From Octopus bimaculoides (taxonomy: Eukaryota): DNA of 64,000 nt. A model generated the notes under the pieces. The model worked only from the letters and a program-made list of their open reading frames with translations. It made no database searches and was not told where the DNA came from. The DNA lies in NCBI RefSeq assembly GCF_001194135.2, contig NC_068982.1:109761245-109825244 (forward strand). Reading direction: 5' to 3'. The position numbers were made by a program, and so were the translations under genes. This document shows positions 39,556-52,602 of this stretch, piece by piece. Position 1 is the stretch's first letter. Every line of letters starts with the position of its first letter.

Positions 39556-39659
39556 AGCTCAAATTTCAGTCGAACTCGAGTATTACTTTGTAAAGGTAAT
39601 ATTTTAAAGCTCAAATTTCAATCGAACTCGAGTATTACTTTGTAAAGGTAATATTTTAA
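39556..39659. repeat. 52-bp tandem duplication (2 copies, 1 mismatch)
   Basis: agctcaaatttca(g/a)tcgaactcgagtattactttgtaaaggtaatattttaa at 39556 and 39608. Confidence 0.95.
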
Positions 39660-39743
39660 TTAATGTTTGTCACGAACAGTAGTAGTCGAAGAACTGAATA
39701 CTATAAGATGTGAGTAATTGGATAAATATAATGGGTAACATAC

Positions 39744-39956
39744 CATTCGATACTGCATCAATAGTTCTGAGTGTAGACTTAGGTTTCTCTGATTTATTAA
39801 ATTTCTCTACTGGTTCAATAACTTTAGTTTCATTCAGTTCAATTACTGGTTGAGGTACGCAGTGGCACACGTATTTCGCATCACATGAACAAACACCTTT
39901 TGCTCTCATAATTCCAAGATTTGTTTCGCCAGACAATCCACCAACAGGAGTCGTAC
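39744..39956 (-). CDS. RET: RET exon, end of CRD (GIMRAKGVCSCDAKYVCHC) plus juxtamembrane insert
   Basis: CxC..CxC matches human C609/C611/C618/C620; 213 nt, phase 1 to 1, donor GTATGT. Confidence 0.9.
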
Positions 39957-41076
39957 CTGTTATGGATAGAAGTAGAATAATGTATTAATGCATGAATTTA
40001 CTTAAGAGTTAATTAGAGTGCATAAATGTGTTAACATTTACCATTTTACAATGTTCCACTAAATGATATAGTCATACTTCCTTTCTTTATTTCAGTTTAA
40101 AAATAAAACAGCGTATTTCCGCTGTGTCCATTCACTTGCCATTCAATACCAGTAAGATAAACATCCAAATATAATCAATTTAAGTATTTTTAATTTAACA
40201 CTTTATATTGATGTCCTTGGAAGTAAATTACATGGACTTCACATCAATAAGCGCACACACACATGTGCACTCTCATGCGTGCATGCACCCCCCCCCCATA
40301 CGTTAAATTTCTGTGGTATGTAGAATGTTCCTGGTTACAGGTCTACTGAAACATGCAAGCCCTGCACTTCTGGAGTCGTATGGATGGTCATAAAAGAATG
40401 AATGTTCACTGCCAGTACGCAGAATGTTGCTGCCTTTATTCTTCAGTACATGGCTGATGTGTACATTTTTGCTACATTTGTTTAGAAGGTGCTGTCTGAG
40501 CAAAATCATGCAGCACTAATTGCTTTGTGGTGCAGTTCAAGTTTAATTGGGAATAGCGAATGAGAGCGGAATGTTAAAAAGGAGTCAAAACTGTGAATTG
40601 TTGCAGGGCAAAATAGCTTCAGTTCGATGACTGAAATTAGTAAAATGGTATATGGATAGTAGAATATTATAAATAACATTATCAGTGGTATAAACGTCGA
40701 AACATCCTATTCCTTTAAATATATAAGTTCTGATGCCTACGTTCGAACATACATACATACATCCATACATACATGCACTCATACATACATACATACATAC
40801 ATACATACATACATACATACATACATACATACATACATACGGATGCATGTATTACAATTTTGCTGTATGTGTGCATGTATGACTTGCAAACAGCAAAGTG
40901 TCATGTCACTCGAGTCATAGTTGAAATAGTTTTGCGGACTGCTTCTTCAGAATACATTACTCTTTACGTAGATTATATTAATCCTTGCTCTGTTACGTAT
41001 AAATTCGTCTGTGTATATAGATAGGAGGATACAATGATATTATAGCATACATTTATTGCTTTTTCTATATCTTTAC

Positions 41077-41286
41077 CTGTGCAATCCTGGGGGCATATTT
41101 TGGGGTTCTTCGCTTCTAATTCATCACACTTATAATCAGGACAGGTCTTTGTGTTTGGCCTACATGTACTGTAATTTTTAGACATTGTTATTTCACCAGC
41201 ATTCCACAAACATCTTCCGAACACGGATCCAACACCACAGTTTTCGTGACAATCCCTTTCATTGGTGTATTTAGAACACATCCCAT
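41077..41286 (-). CDS. RET: RET exon, cysteine-rich domain (CSKY..CHENCG..GRCLW..YSTCRP..CPDYKCDELE..CPQDC)
   Basis: Diagnostic RET CRD cysteine pattern; 210 nt, phase 1 to 1, GT-AG. Confidence 0.95.
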
Positions 41287-41624
41287 CTAGTTGAGAACAA
41301 GAAGGTAGAAATATAAGACAGGTCTACTAGATGCGTAAACAATGGACAATGTAAAAAATGCAAGTTATAAACAGTAATCTATATTCTGAAATTAATGCTT
41401 AGTCCTGATTACGTTGCAATATCACCACAAAACATGTATGTATGAACAGTCAGTATGAACAATATTCAGTGATAGCAATAAACAACTCTACCAGAGGTGT
41501 TTCTGCAAACAACATCAGGACTCCTTGACGTATCTTTGGCGTTTCTGTATCCACTGAAAGCGATTATATATTCATCCCCTGTTATGATATGGTATCCTTA
41601 TATATTAAGGTAAGGTGGCGAGCT

Positions 41625-41770
41625 TGCAGAATTGCTAGCACACTTGGAGAAATGCTTAGCGACATTTCATTCATCTTCTCGCTCTGAGTTTAAATTCCAC
41701 CGAGCTCGACTTTGTCTTTTATCCTTTCAGAGTCGATAAAATAATTACCCCTTTGTGCCGTAGTTTGAAA
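41625..41770 (+). mobile_element. tRNA-derived cephalopod-type SINE
   Basis: taaggtggcgagcttgcagaa..gaaatgcttagcg..ctgagtt.aaattcc.ccgag.tcgacttt..atcctttc..gtcgataaa..tgtgcc. Confidence 0.8.
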
Positions 41771-41978
41771 TCATTATGTATTAAGGTAGCAATGCTGTAT
41801 TAAAACAGTGTTATTTCAGAAATTAAGACTTGAGAATAAGTAAATATTTCAGTGAATGTTTGTGCTCTATTTATAAATCACCTGGAAAATATTGGTAGAA
41901 ATATGTACACCTACTAAATGTTTCTAAAGTTAACAAGTTAAGGAAATGTTTGTAATTTATAATTTAATGTTACATTAC

Positions 41979-42231
41979 CACATTTTCCTGGAAATGATGT
42001 TCCTTCTTTTAAAATTATAACAATTTCTTCAATTTTTTTCACACTTTCTTCACCTTTTTCATAAATTTGTACGGCAAATTTGTGTTCGGCATCGACACAT
42101 TTTCGAAGTGCCGTTGTGTTCTTTACGTACACTATTCCTGTCTTCTCCGTTACGTTAAAGATGTTAGTATCATGTAGCTTAAACACCGGATGTTTGAATT
42201 TCGTTTGAAGATCATAGGGCATTGTGTAAAT
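41979..42231 (-). CDS. RET: RET exon, cadherin-like domain 4 (IYTMPYDL...FNVTEKTGIVYV...FPGKC)
   Basis: Acceptor attccAG, donor GTAATG, 253 nt, phase 0 to 1; cadherin-type F-x-V-xxx-TG-x-V-x-V motif. Confidence 0.9.
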
Positions 42232-42559
42232 CTGGAATATATGTTAAATAAAATAAATGAACGTACTAGATTTTAGAATAAGTTTTTTTTCTTTTGTATG
42301 TATCATGAAATTAAGTACAATTCATACACACTTTATGTCCAACGGCTAATTAAATTTGAATTAATGAGTTAGCACAAGTATTAACATTATACCATACTTC
42401 CGCGTATATATACATATATATATATATACATACATATATATATATACATNNNNNNNNNNNNNNNNNNNNNNNNNNNNNNNNNNNNNNNNNNNNNNNNNNN
42501 NNNNNNNNNNNNNNNNNNNNNNNNNNNNNNNNNNNNNNNNNNNNNNNNNGTGCGCGTGC

Positions 42560-43085
42560 GTGTGTATAAGAGAGTATGTATGTGCGTGTGGAAGAGGGCC
42601 CGGCTGACGTGTGCGTGTGTGCATGTGTAGGTGTGTGGATGATGGTGCGGATGCTGGGAAGTGGTCAGTGCTCGTGTGCGCGTGATGGTGTGATGTGATG
42701 TGGTGTGGTGTGGTATGGTGGTGTGTGGTGTGGTCGTGTGTGGTGTGGTGGTGTTGGGATGTGAGGCAGGCGAGAGTGGGGAAAGCAAGGGTGGGGTAGA
42801 TGTGGAAGTGGGTGTAAGGAATGGGATGGATAGGAAAGGTGGTGTTAGATTTGTAAGGGTGAGGTTACGAGGGAGGGGTGACGATGAAGGGAGAGGGGAA
42901 AGGGAGAAGGTGGGTAGGAGTGAAGAGAAGAGAGAAGGAGGGTAGGAGTGAAGAGAAGTAGGAGCAAGAGGGGAGAGGTAGCTGGGAGGAAGTAGGTGGG
43001 AGAGGAAGAGAGGAGAGGAGAGGGGAGGAGGGTTAGATGAAGAGAGGAAGAGAGTTGAGCCCATGTGGCGCAAAGGAGCGAAGAG
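42560..43085. repeat. Low-complexity GT/GA purine-rich tract
   Basis: (GTG)n, (GGA)n and (GA)n mosaics; the overlapping ORFs are compositional. Confidence 0.8.
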
Positions 43086-43979
43086 AGAAGATTAATCCCT
43101 ATACATATATGTATGTATGTCTGTACGTATGTATGTATACAGAGAGAGAAATTGTTAAAGTAAGTTAGGCGTCCATTTTCAAGAGCAAGGTGGAAAATCC
43201 TACTTCCGAGCAGTGTTTACAAATATAAAAGTTTAAAGGGAACAGTGTGGAGTAGTAATTAAGAAGTTGGAGGAAGCAGAGGGAATAGTTAAATAGACGG
43301 AGCGGTTAAGAGGAGATGCGACATGAGGATACAACTTGGTAAAGATCAGGCATAGACAAGATATAGTTAATAGCTCGCCGAAGAAATAGTGTTGCCAGTT
43401 CAAAATAGCAGGGTGCCGAAATATTCGTTCACAGACAGTATTGTTGTTGTTCTTAACTACTTTATGTTGTCTGTGAAGTACTATTTTACCTACTATTTCA
43501 ATGATGTGTTGCATAATATGTTTGCAACGTTTAAATTTAGTAGTGATGTGGAGGTCAGCATGTTTACGAGTTTTAAAAGACTATCATTTCAAGAAAGCAT
43601 AATTTAATATGCATACTTGTTATGTCTCAACCTACTGCTATCTAGCACCTTCGGATGATCTCTACTCAACCGCTACACAACTGCTACTCGACTACTACTC
43701 AACACTCCNNNNNNNNNNTACACAACTGCTACTCGACTACTACTCAACACTCCTACCACGGCCAGACTACCTCTATTTATATGTCTCGGGAGATCCTACT
43801 TCTTCGCCTGAGGGCGTCGACACAACAATACTGTTAAATACTGATTTTTCTCGCATTTCATTCTTACAGAGTACAAATACCAGAAAGATGGCGCTAATGA
43901 GTTTTGGACAACGCACTTGCTCAGTAATGATGGTAAATTAAGAGGAATATTCCAACAGACCTTGGAAATTAAGAGTGTT

Positions 43980-44450
43980 TCACTCTCTGGCTGTTTCTAT
44001 TTCCTAAGTTGGTGCACTCCTTGCTTTTCCATCGACTATTGCTCTTTCCATGGTGATTTTTAAATTTCTGTCACCACTCTTCATTTGCTTCAAAATTCGT
44101 AATGACCATAAATGCCTAATAAGATTGGCAGTACCACTTTGAATTGGAAAACAACGAGCGTTATTGCCACGTGGTAGTTGATGGATGTACCAGTTCACCT
44201 TAACCTCATCAAAATTTGAAGTTTTTGCAAGTCATATATGCCTTCGTTCACTAAGAAATTATTTATATTCAGTTATCCGTTGCAAAAGTTTCGTCAACGT
44301 ATTTACCATGAAATAACAATAGTTAACAACTGGTGGAATAAGTGATGCGACATAGAATTATGAACAAGATGTAGAAGTGGTTACATATACCAAGAACGTC
44401 CCACTATTCTACGCCCCTAACACCACAAAACTCTATCTACAAGATTAGTA
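43980..44450 (-). mobile_element. Possible L1/Tx1-type LINE ORF2 remnant
   Basis: Across frames: LWC*GRRIV, FYVASLIPP, KVNWYIHQLPR...LWSLRIL, resembling the post-RT region (LS.xGR..V, WY.A.VL.PP, KV.W....LP..GG). Confidence 0.45.
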
Positions 44451-45225
44451 TTTGATCGTTGTTTAAAATCTCACACCCCACCATTCCAAATTACCAATAA
44501 GCATGTTTGACGAGATTTTGTTAATTACTCAATATTTAATCAAAGCTATTAGAAATGGCCCGACAATGAAGAAACTAGACAATTGTCAAATATATGCCTA
44601 CAAAGTTTCCACATATTACACAATTTGTTTTTGGAATCGATTGACAAAGAAGAGATAGTGTTTTAAAAAAAAAGACGGTAAATATTTACTTGGATCATAC
44701 TGAAGCATTTTAATTGCCACTCACTTTGTTAAATAACTGAAAAAGAGTCAGCAAGAAAATTACAAATTATTCCGGTCTGAAAACTCTTATTATAGATATG
44801 TTTGTTCTTTGCCTACACAATGAAACAGTTTCAACTGTTCAATTTTAGTATTCTAAGCACAACAGTATGCAAGTATTAGCTACTGGCATTCAACCAAAGT
44901 ATACTATAAAGCACCTGCATTGAAAATAATAATAATTTCATAATATTCTTCGATTCTTTCCCTAATTTTCTTAACTGACAAAGAAATTCGAACGGTGGAA
45001 CTGTGATTTGCTCTTCAATAACGAGATTAATACTGAACTATTACACCTTCTTGCTTGTTGATCCTGACATTGTAGTTTGTCACTTCACAGACATTTCATT
45101 CCCTAGTTTGCATGGGCCGCATTCTTCAAAGTACCAACAACATGGGAATCACCAACCAGACAACCCGCCTTGCATGCCGAAAATGGTAGATGCCGATGTT
45201 TCGTCATTATTGTGGCTTATCAATA

Positions 45226-45545
45226 CCATGTAACTCGGATCATCTCGAAACGATGCGAGTTCGATCTGAGGTGAGCTGTCTCGTGTGGTCTAGAACATTT
45301 CGTGTTCTTTAACACTCGACGTCGTGTAAGGAGCTTTCCTTAGAGGATAACCTGCAGCAAATTTGACGTATTAACAAAACACATACACTGCGCATATACG
45401 ATCGATAATGTTTACATTACTAGAGCTGCTTTTAATTCTTAATTTAATTTTCTTTCACATGTGCTACACCGTAGCACATCAGCAAATAGACTTCACTCTA
45501 TTTGCATAATGATTCACTTCGTTTCGAGATGATCCAAGTACATAG
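45226..45545. mobile_element. Candidate MITE with inverted termini
   Basis: Perfect 17-bp inverted repeat ggatcatctcgaaacga (45237-45253) / tcgtttcgagatgatcc (45519-45535), extending imperfectly outwards. Confidence 0.5.
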
Positions 45546-45777
45546 TATCGATAAACCCCAATACAGGCGAAATATCGGTATCTCCCATTTTCGGAATCCT
45601 AGGCGAGTTGTTTTGCTTTTAATGCTTGATGTTCTTTAACATTTGGCATCGCGTAGGGAGCTTTCCCTGGACGCTGTCCCGCTACAAAATTGACATAGAA
45701 ACCAAACACGTACACTATGTATGTGCTACCGATAATGCTTATGTGTGTGTGTATATGTGTGTGTGTGTGTATGTGTG

Positions 45778-45812
<35 letters not shown>

Positions 45813-46013
45813 GTATGTGTGTGTATACATTCGAACATACGAATGTGTGTATATTTATGTGCGTATATTCGCACGCGCATGTGCACATGTACGGTCCATA
45901 ACGTAATATATATATATATATATTCTTTTATACTTTAATATACACATCTTGTCATTCTCTAACTATCTATAAGTAAGATAAAACACTTCCAGGAGAAGAA
46001 TATATATACTCAC

Positions 46014-46082
46014 CGTGCTATACTGGGATGCATTCTTGAAAACTTCTCTGGTAATTTTCTGCGGTGTATTGAGAGTAGGAAC
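46014..46082 (-). CDS. RET: RET exon (VPTLNTPQKITREVFKNASQYST)
   Basis: Acceptor atgtttcAG, donor GTGAGT, 69 nt, phase 0 to 0; resembles the start of a RET cadherin-like domain. Confidence 0.75.
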
Positions 46083-47769
46083 CTGAAACATATAACAAAT
46101 CAATGCTAAATGTTAATGGCAACAAGTTCATTTAAGTAGATGTTTCCTCGGCGAACATAATTTCCAACTTGGGCTTTAATTCACATTTCAGTTTGTCTTC
46201 TAAAAATTTCACCTCACATCAGATATTACTTCCTCACATGCCTGGCAAACACTTACGTCACAGAACGTGTGTTATGATGAAGAATGACATAAGTTAGCTT
46301 CTATCATCCACTTTCGATTCTTGATTAAACTTATTTCGCCTCATTTACATTATTAGTACTCTTTTGCCGCCACACAAGTCGAATTACTCTTTGGCGTACT
46401 CTGTTGATTACGGTTGTAAAGAAAATTATCTGGTTTGTATTTGATTGAAACTGGGGACTGAAACTGGGGATTATTTCTTTTCCACTTACTTTGTATCGAA
46501 TATGGTTAGAATATTCCTCAGTAAACTATTGATATTAATTTTATCAAAAATTCTAATCTTAAAATTTCTTAAACTAAATTCTCGGAATGATTTAAACTCA
46601 AATGAACGAAATTAAATTAAAAGCATTGTTATTTTTATACACTAACCTGCCATAAAAACAATTTTAATAGAGATAATGATATATCTTCACAGAATGCAAT
46701 GTTATAATAAATTGCAGAGTAACAAGCACGTTATTTGACCATATGTACAATCTATGTGTGCTGCTGACTAACCTAATGAAACCGCAATTAGGCTATATAT
46801 ATATAATCCCTGTTTATCCTACATAACTTAACATATATGACTGTACACTATTGATTCTCAGTCTTTTTGACATCGGGACGTGCTGAAGATAAGATTAAAA
46901 TTAACGGTACATTTCACTTAGAACTGTTAAAGAAAATAAACTATCTTAAAGTAAATAACTTAACAAATACAGAAAACTATCGTTTATGTTGTTTGTCATT
47001 CATAGTTGCATACATTATGCGCTTATGAATAACACGATTTTCAAAACGCTGAAACATTTGTATGGACTTTTTAAAGCCTTAAAATATATTTTTAAAAATT
47101 CCACCTTGTATTTAGATGCTTTTGCGACATACCGTTTGAGAACTTCTATTCTACATACCGTTTGAGAACTGCTATTCTTCTAGCATAAAGTTGTATTGTA
47201 CACTTTTATGATTTTCAATTACATTAGCAATATATGTGTTTATACATACACATACACATGTGTGTGTGGGCTGTCGATTTCATATATCCCGAACAAAGTC
47301 GTGTTATATTATCCATTTGTTCCTTGACAATATGTCACTCGCCGCTGCTTACACATACACACCGTGACTTGTGTATATAGTAGAAATTTGGTTATTACTA
47401 GACCACTTCCCTTTATATTCTACTCAAAAGTGACTTCCCCCGTTACATGCATCTAGAAACGTTATCGTCAAATCCCATAAATTCGGTACATTTTTCATAT
47501 AGCTTGTAGAATCTTTTCTGATACTTTATGTTTTAATCATGGAGACTTACATCGTTATTCTAAATATCCTAACTTAGCCTGTTACATTTTTATTGAGCTC
47601 TGTGAGAAAAAATCCTCGGCTGCAAGTTTATGTGAATTCGTTATACATTATTAGTATGTCTATGTATGTTGGTATATATATGTATATACATTAGAATACG
47701 CACACATGTACACAGACATGTATATACACCACGTAGACGTTTGGGTTCATTGTATGTGGGTATTTGTGG

Positions 47770-47866
47770 TAGATGAATAGGGGTTTCGAATTTTGGCACA
47801 GGGCAAACGTTTTCAGGGTGACGGGGCAATTCGATTGCATCGACCCAGTACTTATTTTATCCACTT
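47770..47866 (-). mobile_element. SINE 3' fragment; closely related copy at 49866-49985
   Basis: gatgaata.gggtttcgaattttggcacagggcaa..g.tttcagggtgacgg is shared by both copies. Confidence 0.7.
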
Positions 47867-48622
47867 AGCTTGTTACATTTTTATTGAGCTCTTTGTGAGA
47901 AACAATGCACTACTGCAAATTCATGGAAATATGATATACATTAGTAGTATGTCTGTGTGCATTAACTGTTCTTCTTAAGCACCAAGTAGGTCTGATCGAG
48001 TAGAGCTATGATCTAAGCCACTACGACCAATATCATCCCGTGTCTTTTTGCTCACCAGATAAGATTCGTTCTAGTTAACTATATGTCCTTAAAAAGAACC
48101 GAGTGTGCATATTGAGAGAGATTTGGTTCTTATTTCCTAGAGGGAGAGTTACAAGGTAGAGATTACGTATATATTATCAGTAAGTATTATAACGAAAACA
48201 AAAATTATATTCCTGTACAAAGTATTTCACTACAAATAATTAAGCCGCAGCATTATATATATATATATAAATACATGCATGTATTCATGTATGCGTACAT
48301 ACACATAAACGAACACTAGTACACTCTCATATTCATTTATCTGCTTGTGTACGTTCATAAATCTAATGCGGTACTGTTGAATCTATGTCGGCGAGATTAA
48401 AGACATTAGACAGAATATCGACATTAGAAATCTCTTTGGAATTGTTGTGAATCGATAAATCAACTTCTGCTAACTAGAAAAATGTTAAAGGGGACAAAAA
48501 GAAAATTCGGTTCATACAGGATACGCATCCAACTGAATTTGACACGTGTGAAGTAATTGGAGAAGTTATGTGCACACAGATATATACATATACTTGCAGA
48601 TACAGACACACAAAGACATTTA

Positions 48623-48677
<55 letters not shown>

Positions 48678-48698
48678 TTTGTTTTTCATGTATAGCTA

Positions 48699-48763
<65 letters not shown>

Positions 48764-48783
48764 ATACACANNNNNNNNNNNNN

Positions 48784-48835
<52 letters not shown>

Positions 48836-48944
48836 GTGTGTGTGTATACACATACACAAACGTATATGCTTGAAGATACGCCCACATGTACACAGAAATA
48901 TATATAAATGTACACACACACACGCATACACGCACACATATATA

Positions 48945-49803
48945 CAGGGTGTGATGGACAAATTGTCGCCACTTTATATTTTTAATTTTGCGCATGTGCA
49001 TTCTTTGTATTTGATTTTGTCGACTACGCAGTATAGTAGGATCAGTTGGGCATCGTATGTGAGAAAAACAGCACCATGATGCAATTCATTCTGTCAGAAA
49101 TTTGGAAACGACATGCTGTACTGCCTGGCATTCGCACCGGAAGCTCCAATACGAACATTCAGTGTTTGGGTGTCAATCTGGAAATAGTGAAATCTGAGGA
49201 CTTGTACCGAGGGTGATAAAAATCAAACATCCAGTCAACATCATAGTGATCGTGATGTTATGCCTCCATTCATCTTCCCACTCGGTCTCAGACTCAGCAC
49301 CGAGGCTTACATCAAGTGCCTGGAGGAGGTGGCGCCTTCCTGGGTCAAGAGGGTAGCTGTTGGAAGACCATATATCTGACAACAGAACTCTGCATCATGC
49401 CACACAAGCAGGAGAATCTAGTCATAGCTATCAGACAATTTCTGCGCCCACATCACCCCTAATATGTGACCACCTAACTCCCCAAACTGCAATCCCCTTG
49501 ATTATTATGTGTGGCACGCGGTTGAATGAGAGACTAAGACGAACAAAACTCCTTGTAACACCAAAGATGAACTGAAGGCAAGGATTCACCAACTTATAGA
49601 AGGCGACCGCCCAGAAGAGTTGCAGGAGATTCCGAAGTCATCTGGAGGCCATAGTTGAAGCCAATGGTGATTTTATTGAATAAATTTACGATTTAGTATT
49701 TCAAGATATTTTTATGTAATATTGGTAAATATATCTGTTAACTTGAGATCTCAGTGTTATTTTCATTTTTACGTAATTTAGAAAATATATTCACCGCAAC
49801 CTG
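48945..49803 (+). mobile_element. Mariner/maT-like transposon, internally deleted and degenerate
   Basis: TA-CAGG...CCTG-TA termini. Residues MPPFIFP.GLRL.TEAYIKCLEEV, ITPN..PPNSP.CNPLDYYV, ERETK..PCNTKDELKARI (frameshifted). Confidence 0.88.
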
Positions 49804-50128
49804 TACACATGCGCGCGCGCGCACCACGCATACGTTTGTCTATGTGTGTATGTGTTAATTTATGGCAGATGAATAAGGGTTTCGAATTTTGGCACAGGGC
49901 AACCGATTTCAGGGTGACGGAGTTATTCGATTGAATCGACCCAGAACTTATCTACTGGTACTTATTTTAACCACGCCGAAAGGACGAAAATCATGGTTGA
50001 TAAATAATGATTACTTATCTCGAACTGCTGTTTCGCTTGGATGCCCAGCCGTCCATAAATAACACTCTACATGCTTCCAGCATGAAGTTGTATTGAGTAA
50101 TTAGATGGGTCTGTTATGCAGCATAATA

Positions 50129-50170
<42 letters not shown>

Positions 50171-52602
50171 GCGCGCGTATCCCTTAAAAATTATAAATTT
50201 ATCGTTATTAAGCAACTAATTCTACTACATCTATCACAGCAACAGATTTCACCTTGCATTAGCGTATTGTTAGAAATTCTCACAACCATAACAAAAATTG
50301 AATAAAATATTGATGTTCGGACGAGAATTCATCATTTCTGATTTCGATAAAGTAAACAAAAACATTCATTTTTTCCTATATTCGAAGAGGAGAGAATTTT
50401 CGTCCGTTTCTATGATATATCTTGTGCCTTTAAGCACCAAGTCTATAAAATATGTTATATCAGAAGAAATACAGTAATAGCTAGTCTATTAAATATGATA
50501 TTCAGATGGCTCGCAGGTTTTTGTGTTTTGTTTTTTATTGAAATATTTTATTTTACATTCATTCGCTTTACTGTATGGAAAATGTGTCTTGATACTTCTA
50601 AGACGTGAAAGTGCAGTATCTAGTCGTTAGAGTATTCTGCTTATAACCATAAGATCCCGTGCCTAGTATCTGGATTGAATAGTCTATTGTGTCCTTGAAA
50701 GTTACACCATTTCGCGACGCTCAAATTTACACAGCTGTGTTTTACAGTTGCACGATGGTAAAGTCTTCTTTCCCTGTGGTTATCACATCCTAGATGCTCT
50801 GTTGGATCAAGGGTGAGGGGGTTATGTTGTCTATGTCTGCTGGCGACTACATATGTATCTGGATCAATCAGCAGAAAATGGGATAGTCTACTAAACCATA
50901 TTCTCTCACGGTTGTCAGCCAGATGTGCTGTACATTTGGAAAGATATCAGCAATAGCATGTAGTCTTAAACTACGATTATTATCTAGCCAATGTCAAGAA
51001 ACGAGACAAAGGTACATGACGCTCATTGGAGATTAAGTTATATGTATATTAAGTTATAATGCCCATTCGTCAGTGACTGATTGATTTGGATATTAGACTG
51101 AGCATTTCGCTGAAGACTTAACTTAGAAACCACGACAAGTAAATATTAACTATCACTTATCATTTCAATATCAGTTTTAACAAGAACGAATTGACCTTAG
51201 CATTTATATTTTTAACTGATACTTATTCTTTCACTATTTTTGGCCGAACCGTTAGGTAGCACCGGTTGCTAAGCAATGGTGAGGAACAATCATAAACACA
51301 AACACACACACACACACACACACACCTGTGCATGTATATATACATATATATATANNNNNNNNNNNNNNNNNNNNNNNNNNNNNNNNNNNNNNNNNNNNNN
51401 NNNNNNNNNNNNNNNNNNNNNNNNNNNNNNNNNNNNNNNNNNNNNNNNNNNNNNNNNNNNNNNNNNNNNNNNNNNNNNNNNNNNNNNNNNNNNNNNNNNN
51501 NNNNNNNNNNNNNNNNNNNNNNNNNNNNNNNNNNNNNNNNNNNNNNNNNNNNNNNNNNNNNNNNNNNNNNNNNATATATATATATATATATACGACGGGT
51601 ATCTACATAGTTTCTGTCTACCAAATTCACTCACAAAGCATTAGTCGACTCGGGGCGAAGATAGATGACATTTTCCAAAAGTGCCGTGCAGTGGGATTGA
51701 ATTCGAAACCACCTGGTTGCAAAGCCACACATAAAATTCAAGAATGAAAACTCAGAATATATTTTTATTTATTTATTTAGAGGATGCGAAAGACAAAACA
51801 TAGTTCAAATTGTATCAAAATTTAGTGCACAGTCACTTTCTCAGATAAAGAAAACTTAAGATAATTTAATAATATATGCATACATACGTACGCACAATCA
51901 TACATACAGTCTCTATGCGGAATGGTAAAAATATGCAATACTTTTCTCAAGTTAAAACTAAATTTGTTTTTGATTTTTATCTTCGTATCATTGTTAAAAA
52001 CCAACTTCTTTCTTATAGGAATATTTGAAATGATTAAACACAGAAGATAGGAGAAACCTGATTCGAAGACTATAGACCTAAACCATCACTGGAACTTTAA
52101 ACTTTGTAAAACTTTCCAGACGTTTAACATTTAAATATATTATGCGCACTTCTAGACATGTAACTATGTGCATGGGAATACATACATAAACAAAACATAC
52201 AAATCTGCAAATGCGCTCACTCCAAATATTGCACATATGCACACACACTTACACATGCAATAATACCCTGTTGGTGTTGGAATTCCAATGAAGAAGCCTT
52301 GGATCTAGATTAAAAATCGCCTCTGTCTCTATTAACAAGAAATCTTGAAATAAAACGGAATAATGACATACATACATACATATGTACATACATACGCACA
52401 CACGCACATACACATACATACATACATACATACATACATACAAACATACATAATACATATATACATACATACATATGCATGCGCATTCTTCGCACACTCG
52501 CCCACATGTATACATAAACGCATATATATATGTTCATCTATTTCAATAAGTAAACATTACAAGAGATTTCAAAGCTGAAATAAGCATTCATCAACGACTC
52601 AC

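Noticed and set aside
40300-40580. Possible CR1/L2 3' remnant or RET exon; similar weak signal at 43150-43600
   Set aside because: Only faint motif similarity and no phase-compatible splice sites; too weak to list as a feature.
52253-52343. Exon-like segment with good AG and GTAAGT (DFLLIETEAIFNLDPRLLHW..)
   Set aside because: Phase 1 to 2 is incompatible with the flanking phase-0 junction.
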